Positions 1 through 13,024 of a stretch of DNA of 64,000 bases are shown here, one piece after another. The notes under the pieces are model-generated. The model saw only the letters and a program-made list of their open reading frames with translations, made no database searches and had not been told where the DNA came from. The stretch is taken from positions 9,672,001 through 9,736,000 of the forward strand of contig OX597834.1 of assembly GCA_951406725.2 (NCBI GenBank). The letters run 5' to 3'. Within the stretch, counting starts at the first letter, position 1. The number at the start of each line of letters is the position of its first letter. The position numbers were made by a program, and so were the translations under genes. Source of the stretch: Octopus vulgaris. Taxonomy: Eukaryota.

Positions 1-1704
1 AGACTCTCTGCTTCCAAATCCCCTGAGCTATGGTTGCTTTTGTGTATCTGTGGAGGCCAATATTGGAAAGCAAGCGATTAAGATGACCTCTGAATCGAAA
101 GCGTTTCGTTCCGGACTTTTCCATCATTTTATTTTTTATCTTCAGGTACATAGGAATGAAGTTCACTTTATGTAGCTTTTCGGTATTTTCTAAGACGACT
201 GGGTATGCTTTAAATAACTTTCAGATGTTATTTGTAGCACGTTAAATAAAGTTAGTTTTGTGAGAAAAGTTATGAGAAGCACTAGCGTGACGCCAGATTA
301 GGTGTTTGGCATTCTTTATTTTAGTGTTTTGTCTTAGATTTCCAAAAATAAAGATCAACCGTAGTAGAATAAGTAAAGAATGCAAATATTTCGCATATTT
401 TAAGGATTATAATGTCAAAACATGGCATTTGTTGGTATAAAATAAGTACCATTACCAATACAAGTAAAGTCTATGTCCAGTATTTAATCACATGCAAACA
501 TTGTGTCTCAGAAAGTGTTATGATTTTTTAAAAAAAGCGTAGATTCGTAATATTGTAAAACATGTATTAACGTACATCAAACCAGTAAAGAAAAGACATC
601 TAAGGATTTTATGTAGTTTCAACAATAGAAATTTTTGCATTCTATATTTTTCAAAAAAAGATTTCAGTTAAATATGAATCTGTGGAATGTCCCAAAGAAT
701 TACTGTAATCTGTTCTACTGGAACTCGGCATAAGTAAAGTAATATAGATTTGTTTTGCTTTCCTTTTTTTAATATATTTTGTTTGTTTTTTTTGTTTTTT
801 TTGGAAGATGAATGAAAATATTCAGACAGAAATCAGAAAAGAATCTTAAACTTAGTAAAAAAAACAAAAACAAAAAAAAACTAAAATCATCTTTAAAATA
901 TGTTATATTTAAAGTCAGTAAGAATAAATAGATGCTAGGATAAAATATATCTTATTCAAAGTCGGTTACGAAAATCAGATTTAGGATTAATGTAAGAAAA
1001 AAAAAATTTTTTCCAGCTATGCAGATGTGTGGCAAAATCAAGATATTTTTTACTTTTATTTTCCCTTACTATTCCAGCAATTCTATCCATTTCTTATTTC
1101 TTTCTTTCTCTCGCACTTTCACTAACACGTCGTTTACTCTGCGCCTTCCCTTTTTTTCCCCCTCTGATCCCCTGTTTCATAAAGCGTATATATCTTTTGC
1201 TTACACTATACAGTTTCCTGTTTTTAATATGTCATTGCCTTCTTCACCCGACCCTCTGTCTGCGCCTCAGACAGCCAGACATATTACACACAGCCCTTAA
1301 CTACCCAGGAGCTAAAATTATCTTCAGGTTGGGGGTTATAAATTTACAGTACAGTTTCTCATTACCTTCCGACCAGATTTCACTTCTGAAGCAAATATCT
1401 GAAATAACCTAGAATCTATCGTTCTTGATATTATTTACCTCAAGTAGAATGCCACAGGCTTTTAGGAGTTGTAAGTGTTTGGAGGTGTCAACAAAAAAGT
1501 GTTCTTAAATACTGAAGCTATCATTTTAAATCTCGTCTTTGAGTTTACAGCGTATTTTATTCAGGACATAAAAAGCAATTCGTGTGTGTGTTCGATTTCT
1601 GTGTGTATAGATAAATGTATACAAATATACATACGCGCGCACACACACGCACAAAATATACACACACACACACATATATATACTTCCATGCGAGGTGTGC
1701 AAAA

Positions 1705-1853
1705 GGTGCAAGCGTGGCTGTGTGGTAAGACGCTTGCTTCCCAACCACATCGTTCCGGGTTCAGTCGCACTGTGTGACACCTTGGGCATGTGACTTCTAC
1801 ATAAAGCCTTATGAGTATTTTTGTTGGATGGAAACTGAAAGAAGCCCGTCGTG

Positions 1854-1855
<2 letters not shown>
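1705..1855 (+). mobile_element. SINE-A, 5' half only (tRNA-derived head)
   Basis: gtggctgtgtggtaag (A-box-like), ccgggttcagtc (B-box-like), ccttgggca and ggaaactgaaagaagcccgtcg match the full copy at 7358; ends in (TA)n. Confidence 0.8.
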
Positions 1856-1896
<41 letters not shown>

Positions 1897-2809
1897 TATT
1901 TCCAATCTGCGAACATGCTTGTAAATTATTGATGTCTAAGAGACATAGACATTAGAAATAATAAAGCATGAAGGGTTTTGGGCCCTCATGTCGAAATCAA
2001 CGAAGATGTCAGTTGTGTGTGTGTGTTCGCTCAGTTCACTTCTATTTTAAAATCTGTCTACGTTGGCAGTATCTCTAGTGCATTGCAAGTAAAATGTTAG
2101 GTAACAAACCCCGCAACATTATAATACTTTGTGCGAAGAAGCCCCTCCTTGTTCCTGACACGGCTTCAGCATTCTTTATCTCAGTGTAATCATGAAAAAT
2201 GCATATTTTTAGCCATATTACTAATGATACCCTCCAATAATATAAAGTTGAGGGAAGGGTGAAACGTTAGGAACAAATTATTAAAATGATTCATTGACTT
2301 GAAAATATATAAATATTCATATATTTGCATTTATTGTTTATAATAGCCTAAACTAATTAATGCTAATTAATGTAATGTTTATTTTAATTCATTCCATGTT
2401 GCCCTCCATTCTTGTTGAGTGTTACCTTTCAATCGAGACGAGCAAGCTAAGATAGCTAATCAGATGCATTTCTCCCCCACAGCAACAGGCTAGCATCCTC
2501 TTTATATTTTCTAGTTCTAATCGCCATAGAGAACCGTTATTACTCTCGCCACAATGCACAAACTATATGTAATTCTCAAAGGAGACAATTCTGTTACTGT
2601 TCTTCGTTTTGATTCATTCTCTTCCGTCAAAAATTCAGCTTCGGGAATTTTGTATCAATTTTAGATTGTATAATTAATGAAAATTGAAAATTCCACTGTA
2701 TTCATGTATAGAAATTTATTGAAATTCACTGAAATTTTATCGAACTTGTCCGAAAACAAATATACACACATATATACACACATAAACACTCATATATTTA
2801 CAAACAAAG

Positions 2810-3204
2810 AAATATATATATATTACATATGTATACACCTACATATATATATATATATATGTACATATATAATATTACATATGTATATATCTACACACAT
2901 ATATATATATATACATATATAATATTACATATGTGTATGCCTACACACACATATGTATACGCCTACATATATATATAATATTACATATGTATACGCCTAC
3001 ATATATATATAATATTACATATGTATACGCCTACATATATATATATATATATATACATATATATATAATATTACATATGTATACACTGACATATATATAT
3101 GTATATATATATACATATATGATATTACATATGTATACACCGACATATATATATACATATATATATAATATTACATATATATATATATATAAATATATAT
3201 ATAG

Positions 3205-3238
<34 letters not shown>

Positions 3239-3240
3239 AA
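2810..3240. repeat. TA-rich compound minisatellite (unit ataatattacatatgtatac plus variable TA)
   Basis: Anchor unit recurs about 7 times, separated by (TA)n. Confidence 0.85.
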
Positions 3241-3668
3241 GTGTGCATTTGTGTGTTTACATGTGCATGTATTTGTATGTATGCTATCGTGAGTCTGAAT
3301 GTATAAGATTATATACATGCACACATGTATGCTCTGATTATATACTAACAGCGTTTGGTGTTCATCCTGTTGTCTATTGTTAAACGTTACTTTACAAAAC
3401 TAGCGTGTTTCCTCGCAGACAGTGTATGCTATTGGAAATATTACTATCATAATTGATGTATATCATAAATGACTTAGGTCTATACATTCCACGAATAAAG
3501 GTTGTTGACCGTCTGCTAAACAAAAGCAATAATAACACGGATTCGTATTGGTGTAATTGTTTAGCAACAATCTGGCTCATGTTTATTGGTTCATAATTGT
3601 CATTACATATTTAAATGACAGGAAGTGCATTGAAAATATTTTCTGCATAAAAACAGGACATGATATCA

Positions 3669-4100
3669 CTACTACTACTACTACAACAACAACTACCACT
3701 ACTAATACTACTACTACTACCATTACTAATACTACTAATGATGATAATTATAATGATGATGATAATTATAATGATGATGATAATTATGATGATGATAATT
3801 ATGATGATGATAATGATGATGATGATAATTATAATGATGATGATGATAATTATAATGATGATGATAATAATTATAATGATGATGAATAATAATAATTATA
3901 ATGATGGTGATGATAATAATAATTATAATGATGGTGATGATAATTATAATGATAATGATAATAATAACAATAATAACAATAATTAATTATAATAATGATG
4001 ATAATAATGATAATAATAATTGTGATGATGATGATAATAATGATAATAATAATAACAATAATTGTAATGATGATGATAATAATAATAACGATAATAAGAA
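3669..4100. repeat. (ACT)n/(AAT)n/(GAT)n trinucleotide array
   Basis: Directly visible; source of the poly-T/N/D/M ORFs. Confidence 0.95.
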
Positions 4101-4105
4101 GAAAT

Positions 4106-4629
4106 GCCTTCTGATTTTGACTGATTGGATGTATGATCATGTCCATATTTTGTCTTAGTGCAAATACTCTGCTGCTCAGTACAACAGATTTCCACGTCAG
4201 TTGCCTGAACTTCACCCACTGAGCATGGCACTTAGTGGCTGCCGAAATCCGCATCTCTGATCACGAGCAGGGTTAGTGGGAAGCATCACAGCCATATTTT
4301 GTGAAGAACTCTTTGGGGTTTGGATAATTCACCTTTGGAAACATGGGTGTTTTGTTCAACATTCTTAAACAATCCTCAGAGGCTTTTTAGCGGAATAAGC
4401 TGCTCAATCTCAAAATTTTTTTTAGCTGGATCCCAAATGCAAGTTCATGTAGTGTTTATCTTGATATGTGATCACCATGTCGCGCAAATATATATGGAAT
4501 GCATGTGCCTCGGGTATCCATATCACACGGGTAGCCATGATTGGTATATTAGGCTTCGTATATTGGCCCCCAGTGTCACTTTGATTTCAATGATTACTCC
4601 CTCACTCCATGATAAAAATAATAATAATA
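4106..4629 (+). mobile_element. Diverged copy of a ~550-bp TAA-tailed retroposon (unclassified; LINE 3'UTR or SINE)
   Basis: Colinear with the reverse complement of 20246-20814 (catctctgatcacgagcag, ggaaacatgggtg, ccccagtgtcactttgat); ends in aataataat. Confidence 0.8.
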
Positions 4630-4727
4630 TTGTAAGCATTTAGCATTTATTTATTGCTTTTCACTGTTTGTTTGTAGCATGAGCTACTTTTCATATGCTT
4701 ATATACATACATACAGATATATATGTT

Positions 4728-4761
<34 letters not shown>

Positions 4762-5388
4762 AACAAATATATACATATGTATATACATGGGGAAGGAGTA
4801 TTTGTGTGTATAGATGTATGTATATGCACATTAATCGAATATGCATGCACACACATTCTTACACACATAATCGGGGATCAAACTTTACAACAGGGTTCTA
4901 ATGATACCTATTCGCCATCTTTGTCTTATCTCGATCTATGATGACGTCGATTGAATGCCTCCCTGGAAATGCTTGATGATGTATATACTTGAGAATTCTT
5001 CCTGATCAGATTTCCATAATCTCATCGTATTTTTCACCAAAACAAGTGTAAGATGTCGCAATTAATTATGTTAAACAGACTCTCCGAATATTTGTTTTTG
5101 CATATGTATACTGTGATGTGTGCATACACACACACATATATATATATCACCATACATGTGTGTATATATATATATGTATATACATATATGCTCATATATA
5201 TATACAAACATATGAGCATATATGTATACATATAAAACCATACATATATAAAACGGTACATATAAATATAATCATACATGTACCTATATAAAACCATATA
5301 TGTATATCTATAAAACCATACATTCATATATGTATATCTATAAAACCATACATTCATATATATATATATATATAACCATATATGTATA

Positions 5389-5433
<45 letters not shown>

Positions 5434-5914
5434 CATATAAGTTTTCTGTCATGGTATTTACTAGTGCATTTTTTCAGTCGCATTAGGTGAGATAAATTAT
5501 GACACCACTCAATGAAACAAGACATATGTTCAAGTGAAAATACTATAAAATATTTTCAACTTACACAATCTCAAGATGTATCTCACACATATCATTTGCA
5601 TAGATGATGTGAGGCTTCATCAGCGTCAGTGTGTACATGATAATCTGTACTAAAGACAAGTAGATTCTTTCCGGAAGCCTGTACAGATATGAAATACACG
5701 AATACGGTCGTATATGAGTTATTGGTTGTTTTTCTTGGGCATTCTCGCAAATTCGAATATCAGTGTGTAATTAATATTTTCATCAATTTAAGTAAAACTC
5801 ATTAAATATACGTCTAATATAAATACATATATTCTCTGCCTCTGTCTCTCCTTCCACCCTATCTCTCTCTCACACACACATTCCTATTTTATATAAATGT
5901 AGATATATATTTAA

Positions 5915-6302
5915 ATAGTAAGGGTAAAAATGATATTAATTTGATTAATATCAATTTAAAACCAGTAATATAGCATATTGAAAAAAATCTGAAGATTCAG
6001 AAAATTATAGTGGATACATATAAGAGGAATGACAACTAGGTGGACATTTAATACGCTGAATGTAGACCGATTATGCTCTGACCACTAAGGAATAATGTTC
6101 TCAAGAACATTCAGTAAACTCCAGACCGTAAAGCGAGCAAGATAGAATTAAAAAGATACAAAATATAATGTCTAGTTACATACCAGATTTCAATGTTACC
6201 ATTTACATGCGTAAATGACTGCAAATCATCAGTGCAACCGTCATAGAAGATAAGTATGTAGAACTATATATCTGACGTCCTCCCTGGTGGACATACATAA
6301 AT
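5915..6302 (-). mobile_element. Putative Penelope-like pseudo-LTR fragment containing a hammerhead motif
   Basis: Hammerhead-like motif at 6175-6238; abuts the assembly gap; boundaries approximate. Confidence 0.4.
6175..6238 (-). ncRNA. Type I hammerhead ribozyme-like motif
   Basis: Minus strand: gttgca-CTGATGA-stem II (catttac/gtaaatg)-GAAAtctg-GTA-tgtaac; stem I is 6 bp with one G-U. Confidence 0.55.
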
Positions 6303-6402
6303 NNNNNNNNNNNNNNNNNNNNNNNNNNNNNNNNNNNNNNNNNNNNNNNNNNNNNNNNNNNNNNNNNNNNNNNNNNNNNNNNNNNNNNNNNNNNNNNNNN
6401 NN
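6303..6402. other. Assembly gap (100 N)
   Basis: Run of exactly 100 N. Confidence 0.99.
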
Positions 6403-6543
6403 AATTTCTTTCAGTTATATTTGGTGGGTATATTTCAAATGTCTTCGTTTTGGTGCGTCGAAGCCGCAAATAACTCTGCAGAAAATAAGCAAGCACATAT
6501 ATATGTATGTGTATATATACACATTTACATATATATGTGTATG

Positions 6544-6580
<37 letters not shown>

Positions 6581-7357
6581 ATGTATATATGTATGTGTTT
6601 ATATATATATATACATATATGTGTGTGTATATATATATATATATATATTTTGTATATATATATATATATATATGATCTCTAGTCCCTATTTGAACTCGTT
6701 TCTACTTTTCTGTCTCTATTGTTTTTGACATCGAAACATCTAGATGTTTCCGCATTTAATTGTTTAGATCTACTTACTCATTTATTTATTTTCAATTTAT
6801 TTGCAAGCCTTTCTTTGTAGTGAACATAACCGACATAGTAGATATGTACATAATGGTCGCCATGCTAATACGTATCGTCTGCCAGGCTAGCTTTGCCATG
6901 TTTTGGCATTTTCATAATACGGGAATTAAAAAGGTTTTTTTTTTTCCCCCCTTTCCAACCAGACACTTTTTGTTTGTTATGATAAAAAAAAAGTTCTTTT
7001 ATTACAATTATCTTTTCGAATAACTAACATTTGAAGTGAATGGTAAAAGTAATCATAAAAATATTTTTTTTTGGTTAGAGTACACGTTATACAATACGAA
7101 ATTATATATTTTAAACATTTGGTGAATGCTTCAGACATTCTCAACTGTTTTGAATTATGTGAATTTAAAACTCACAATTATTCATGTACAGAAAAAAATA
7201 CAGAAAATATACACAGAAATAGATAATGAAATGGTATATCATATAGTGAGGTTTGTAGCTATTGCTTTTCGCCCCAGATAAATCACATCGTGTAAAACAA
7301 TGCTGAAATTCTCCTTTTCTGTAGCCATCCATCCATTCATGTATATGTATGTATGTA

Positions 7358-7772
7358 GGCGCAGGAGTGGCTGTGTGGTAAGTAGCTTGCTAACCAACCA
7401 CATGGTTCTGGGTTCAGTCCCACTGCGTGGCATCTTGGGCAAGTGTCTTCTGCTATAGCCCCGGGCCGACCAATGCCTTGTGAGTGGATTTGGTAGACGG
7501 AAACTGAAAGAAGCCTGTCGTATATATGTATATATATATATATATATGTATATGTGTGTGTTTGTGTGTCTGTGTTCCCTTCGCATTGCTTGACAACCGA
7601 TGCTGGTGTGTTTTTATGTTCCCGCCACTTAGCGGTTCGGCAAAAGAGACCGATAGAATAAGTACTGGGCTTACGAAAAGAATAAGTCCCGGGGTCGAGT
7701 TGCTCGACTAAAAGGCGGTGCTCCAGCATGGCCGCAGTCAAATGACTAAAACAAGTAAAAGAGTAAAAGAGT
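7358..7772 (+). mobile_element. SINE-A, full length
   Basis: tRNA-like head ggcgcaggagtggctgtgtggtaag...gggttcagtccc, internal (TA)/(TG) tract, tail ggtgctccagcatggccgcagtcaaatgact plus (gtaaaaga)n; near-identical to 15477 and 47607. Confidence 0.92.
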
Positions 7773-8706
7773 GTATTATGTATGTGTATGTATATGTATT
7801 ATGTATGTATATGTATGTATTGTATGTATGTGTATGTATTATGTATGTGTGTGTGTATGTATGTATATGTATGTATATATACACGCACTGTATTTCCTGT
7901 TGTTCCTCTTGTTATATATCTATCTTATCTTATCAATCGAGCAAGTCTGCCATCTTGACTGTGTTTTTTGATCACCACTCTTTCACAATCACTGTAGATG
8001 TGTCTACCCCAGCATAACTTGGCCTTCGCGAAAGAGACTGAGTGTATATGTAGCAATCGTAAGATAAACAAGTTCGGGGTTCGATTTGGTAGACCATCAC
8101 ACTTCAAGCCAGTTCCTCAGCAAAGCCGCATTCCAACAACAAAAACAAATAAAAGATGAAAGATGTAAGATACATAGTAGAAAGTTTTTCATTGAATTTA
8201 AAACCATAAACATGTACGTTGTTATGTTTTCGATGATGAACGTAAATTGTATACTAGGCCGGGTGCAAAAAGTGGTCTGATCTTTAAGAGATGACTTAAA
8301 AAAGCAAACCGATAAGAACAGCAATCATTGATTCACAGGTCAACGAGCGAGCTTCATGTACGTGGTAGTTCATTAATCTCACTTTTATCTTCACACTGTG
8401 TTACATTCACAAACAAGCGACGACGCAGTTTTAGAAACTTTCTCTCGAACGTTATTTAATACGCATTCTGTAATACACACACTCTCTCTCTCTCTCTCTC
8501 TCTCCCTCCTCTCTCGCTCTCATTTTCTCACATATAGACACTCTCTTTCTGTACCTCACAAATACGTGTGCGCACTCGTGTATGAACATTATTGCCCAGA
8601 CGTACTCAATCTATATGCCTTGGGGGCATATATATATATATATATATATGTATGCATATATATATGTGGCTGGGTGTCTTTGTTTAGGTATGAATATACG
8701 TATATA

Positions 8707-8864
8707 CGCATAGGAATGACTGTGTGGTAACTTGCTTACCTACCAAGGGTTCCGGGTTCAGTCCCACTGCACTGCACCTTGTGCAAGTGTCTGCTACTAC
8801 AGCCTCGGGCCGACCAATGCCTTGTGAGTTGATTTGGTAGACGGAAACTGAAAGAAGTCCGTCG

Positions 8865-8905
<41 letters not shown>

Positions 8906-9107
8906 GTGTGTGTATGTGTCTGTGTTTGTCTCCCCACCATCGCTTCATAACCAATGAGAGTGTGTTCCCGTCCCCGCAATATAGCGTTTCGGCAAATGAG
9001 ACCAATAGAATAACTACTGGGCTTACAAAGAGTAAGTCCTGGAGTCGATTTGTTCTGCTAAAGGCAGGACTCTAGCATGGCCGCAGTCAAATGACTGAAC
9101 CAAGAAT
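8707..9107 (+). mobile_element. SINE-A, full length, diverged
   Basis: Colinear with 7358-7772. Confidence 0.88.
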
Positions 9108-9123
9108 ATATCTTGGTACAAAC

Positions 9124-9486
<363 letters not shown>

Positions 9487-10410
9487 TACAGACATAGACA
9501 CAAACAAAATACGCACAACACATACACACACAAGCAAACACACACGCACGCACATATATATGTATGATTCTGAAAAACTTGCAGTAACACTTTGAATATC
9601 TGTGAGCGAAGAACTGTTTCTGACGAATAGTAATATATGGAGATATAGATATATGCACTTCCACGTACATACATCAAACCAAAACTCACCTGAATGCGCA
9701 CATTTGTAACAAAGAAAGAAAATTTGAAAAAAAAAACAATGAACGGTATCTAAGCAAGGCAAGGCTGTGAGTTATGGAAACGTGAGCAAGCAACCTTAAA
9801 CCGAAAAAAATACAATACAATACAATATACATTGGAATTCTCAGCATGAGGATACTGACGTCGCAAAAGTCTAAGACATACGTAAGATATATATATGAAG
9901 ACAATGATATACAGTTTCTAGTTTGTTGTATTACCATATGTACTCTGTTTACTCATAATGGGCTCGTAGTTTTGAAACGAATGTAAGAAAAACATTATCA
10001 CAGCAAGTAAAACAGTCTGCGATTGAAATCAAAGACGGCCAAAGAGCATAAAACGAAAGTAAAGAAAAAAAGGAAGGTAAACATTGCTGGGGAATTTTTA
10101 AAGATCACAAGAAAAATGTTTTCCTTTTTCATATTTAGATAATTAACTGTCAAGTGACTTTACGGCTGTCTGTTTTCACAAACACTCACACACATATATA
10201 CTCACATACATACACACTAACACATGTATATGCTGTTCTTCAAAGTTTAGGAATTCCACGGGATTCCGATTTTCAGACATTTTCTACAGTGACAGCAATA
10301 CGAACCAAAGACACAATAAAAATGTACCAAATCAGCATTTTCGAGAAACTGATAAAAAAGACAACGCAACTAAATATTCCTCGTCTTTGTACTCTACATG
10401 AGTGTATGTA

Positions 10411-10470
<60 letters not shown>

Positions 10471-10476
<6 letters not shown>

Positions 10477-10660
10477 AAGGAGCTTCTACATGACTAGAAC
10501 TGTTTCATTCAAAAGAAATCATCAGGAAGCTTCCTGATGATTTCTTTTGAATGAAACAGTTCTAGTCCTGTAGAAGCTCCTTCTATAAAATAAATTAATT
10601 TACACTGCTATGTATTGAGTACCTTATTTACTGTGGCTAACCCCGACTCAACCCGGGACC

Positions 10661-10662
<2 letters not shown>
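10471..10662. mobile_element. (TA)n-embedded element with an inverted (palindromic) head, Penelope-like pLTR architecture
   Basis: 59-bp arms 10471-10529 and 10530-10588 with one mismatch; the right arm continues into unique sequence to about 10662; (TA)n on both sides. Confidence 0.6.
10528..10578 (+). ncRNA. Type I hammerhead ribozyme-like motif (mirror copy on minus strand at 10481-10531)
   Basis: agcttc-CTGATGA-tttcttttgaat-GAAACAG ttctagtc CTGTA-gaagct; stem I 6 bp, stem III ACAG/CTGT, GUA cleavage triplet. Confidence 0.65.
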
Positions 10663-10697
<35 letters not shown>

Positions 10698-10903
10698 CTG
10701 AAAGGGATTCCAACTGTGTTTTTTATCTTTATTTATATTCTTTATAATATTAATGTAGAATATAGTATATATAGTAAAATGAAATGAAGTATTGATTGTC
10801 TTATTGATAGATGAAATATTGAATATCAAATATTAAGGGACAAGTATAATTTCTTGCATTAAAGCAGTCTTCAATGTCCCAGATTGAGACAGGAGTGTTT
10901 CGA

Positions 10904-10959
<56 letters not shown>

Positions 10960-11194
10960 TTCTTTGCATGCGTGTATTTGCATTAATCGTTGTTTGTATT
11001 TGTGCGTGTATACCAAAAATGTAACCTTTGTGCGTTCCTGAAATTCTGGTAGGTCCACGGCAGTGGAGACAGATATATTGTTGACTGTAGACGGCTGAAA
11101 CATAACAAAAAGAACGAGCACAACCAGACGTCCACGTATTACAGCCATAGATTTATACATTGTGTGTGTGTGAATTCGTTTTGTGAGTATATAT

Positions 11195-11319
11195 GTTTCT
11201 TTATTGGCCACACAGGGCCGAACACAGAGGGGACCAGATAGAAAGTAGAGCTTTTCTTTTAGGGAAGAAGGAAAAAAATAACTAAAAAGTGGGTCGAATT
11301 TCGATCAATAGGGATCGTA
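11195..11319 (-). mobile_element. Putative LINE 3'-end fragment sharing its terminus with the SINE-B tail
   Basis: Minus strand ends ggtcccctctgtgttcggccctgtgtggccaataaagaaac, resembling SINE-B ctcctctgtgtttagccccttgtgggtagtaaagaaat; upstream part is unrelated to SINE-B. Confidence 0.5.
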
Positions 11320-11320
11320 G

Positions 11321-12080
11321 TTTCATACTGGAACTTTCCAGATTTTACGCTACCAGAGCACAGATTTAAATGAAATGCAGACAGGATACACTGACCAAGG
11401 ATGGATCACAATCCTTGAATTTATATATCAATGTTCGATATGGGCGTTGACATGAGTGATAATGCAACTTTTCAAATTGTCGATAATATGAAAGAGGCTG
11501 GCCGGATTGGATCCTTCGAACTTGCATAACGAGAGAAAAGAAAGCCTTCATGGTCTTCTTGGGGGACATTTTTCCCCAGCCGCTTAGACTGCTGCGTCTA
11601 TATATGGCCACACCGCTCAATATACAGTTAACAGTAGATCACGAAGCAATATATCGAAGCTACGCAAACAAAGAATATTGACTCAGTGCGATAGTAAACT
11701 ATCGGGAACGATCTGGAAAAATATGCTGTAATATACAACTGGGGAATCCTGGAAGGACTTCTACGCAACTCTGCCATTGAAAGTTACAAAAGCAGCAGAG
11801 ATCCCATACCGCCATCAAGATAAAGGATCACAACACTTCAGTATACTTCCCCCCAAGTCACTGAGAAATCTACATGGAGAGTATGTAAGTGTTTTTGAAA
11901 AACACTGGATCCCTTCTTGTCAAGAGTTGTGTATGAATGTACCCTTTCGTCAGGAAACGCATCTGAGGGCAGCAACATCACTCTCATTCAGCAGATTCCA
12001 TATATTCAGTGGACTGAAGTAATGAAAGTGTAGCACCAGCATGGACGCAGCTCACGAGCTAAAAGAAGTAAAAGCGTAAA

Positions 12081-12081
<1 letters not shown>
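11321..12081 (+). mobile_element. Decayed 5'-truncated CR1-clade LINE (ORF2 C-terminal remnant plus 3' tail)
   Basis: Frameshifted pieces FQILRYQ, DMGVDMSDNATFQ, WILRTCITRE, SRLDCCVYIWPH and GSQHFSILPPKSLRNLHG resemble, in order, CR1 ORF2 DLGV, GWILRTF, RLEYCS.VWSP and GPRLFN.LP..LRN motifs; tail ccagcatggacgcag...gtaaaa. Confidence 0.75.
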
Positions 12082-12135
<54 letters not shown>

Positions 12136-12344
12136 ATGTATAATGTTTTACTTTTTGTCTTCCTGCATGCTGGTTGCGTGTGCGTAAATAGCAAATCCTT
12201 ATCAATAATTTATACGATTAAAAAATATATACAAGAAACAAAGACTAAATTTCACATTTTTGTGAGGTGTATGCGTGTATATATGAGTGTGTGTGTGTGT
12301 TTGTATCTCTGTATCTCTGTGTGCGCGCGTATATATACACAAAT

Positions 12345-13024
12345 ATATCTATATATCTATCTATATATATAGATAGATGTATGTGTATATATATATTATG
12401 TATATGTGTATATATATATTATGTATGTGTGTATATATATATTATGTATATGTGTATATATATATTATGTATATGTGTATATATATTATGTATGTGTGTA
12501 TATATATATATTATGTATGTGTATATATATATATATTATGTATGTGTATATATATATACATTATCTGTGTATATATATACATTATGTATGTGTATATATA
12601 TATATACATTATGTATGTGTATATATATATATACATTATGTATGTGTATATATATATATACATTATGTATGTATATATATATACATTATGTATGTGTATA
12701 TATATATATTATGTATGTGTATGTATATATATATGTATATGTATGTGTATATATATATATATATATATATGTGTATATATATATTATATATGTGTATATA
12801 TATATCATGTATGTGTATATATATAAATTATATATGTGTATATATATATCATGTATGTGTATATATATAAATTATATATGTGTATATATATATCATGTAT
12901 GTGTATATATATAAATTATATATGTATATATATATATATCATGTATGTGTATATATATAAATTATATATGTATATATATATATATCATGTATGTATATGT
13001 ATATATATATGTGTGTGTGTGTGT
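12345..13024. repeat. TA/TG compound minisatellite (attatgtatgtgtatata units)
   Basis: Directly visible. Confidence 0.9.

Noticed and set aside
60-125. taagatgacctctgaatcgaaagcg as a hammerhead
   Set aside because: Core lacks CUGA and the stems do not pair convincingly
125-151. ttttttatcttcag|gtacat as a recursive splice site
   Set aside because: Weak regenerated donor; expected by chance in AT-rich DNA
6733-6750. 18-bp perfect palindrome gaaacatctagatgtttc
   Set aside because: Isolated, with no supporting context
7358-7430. tRNA gene calls for SINE heads (also 42547 and 43300)
   Set aside because: A and B boxes present but no full cloverleaf; they continue into SINE bodies
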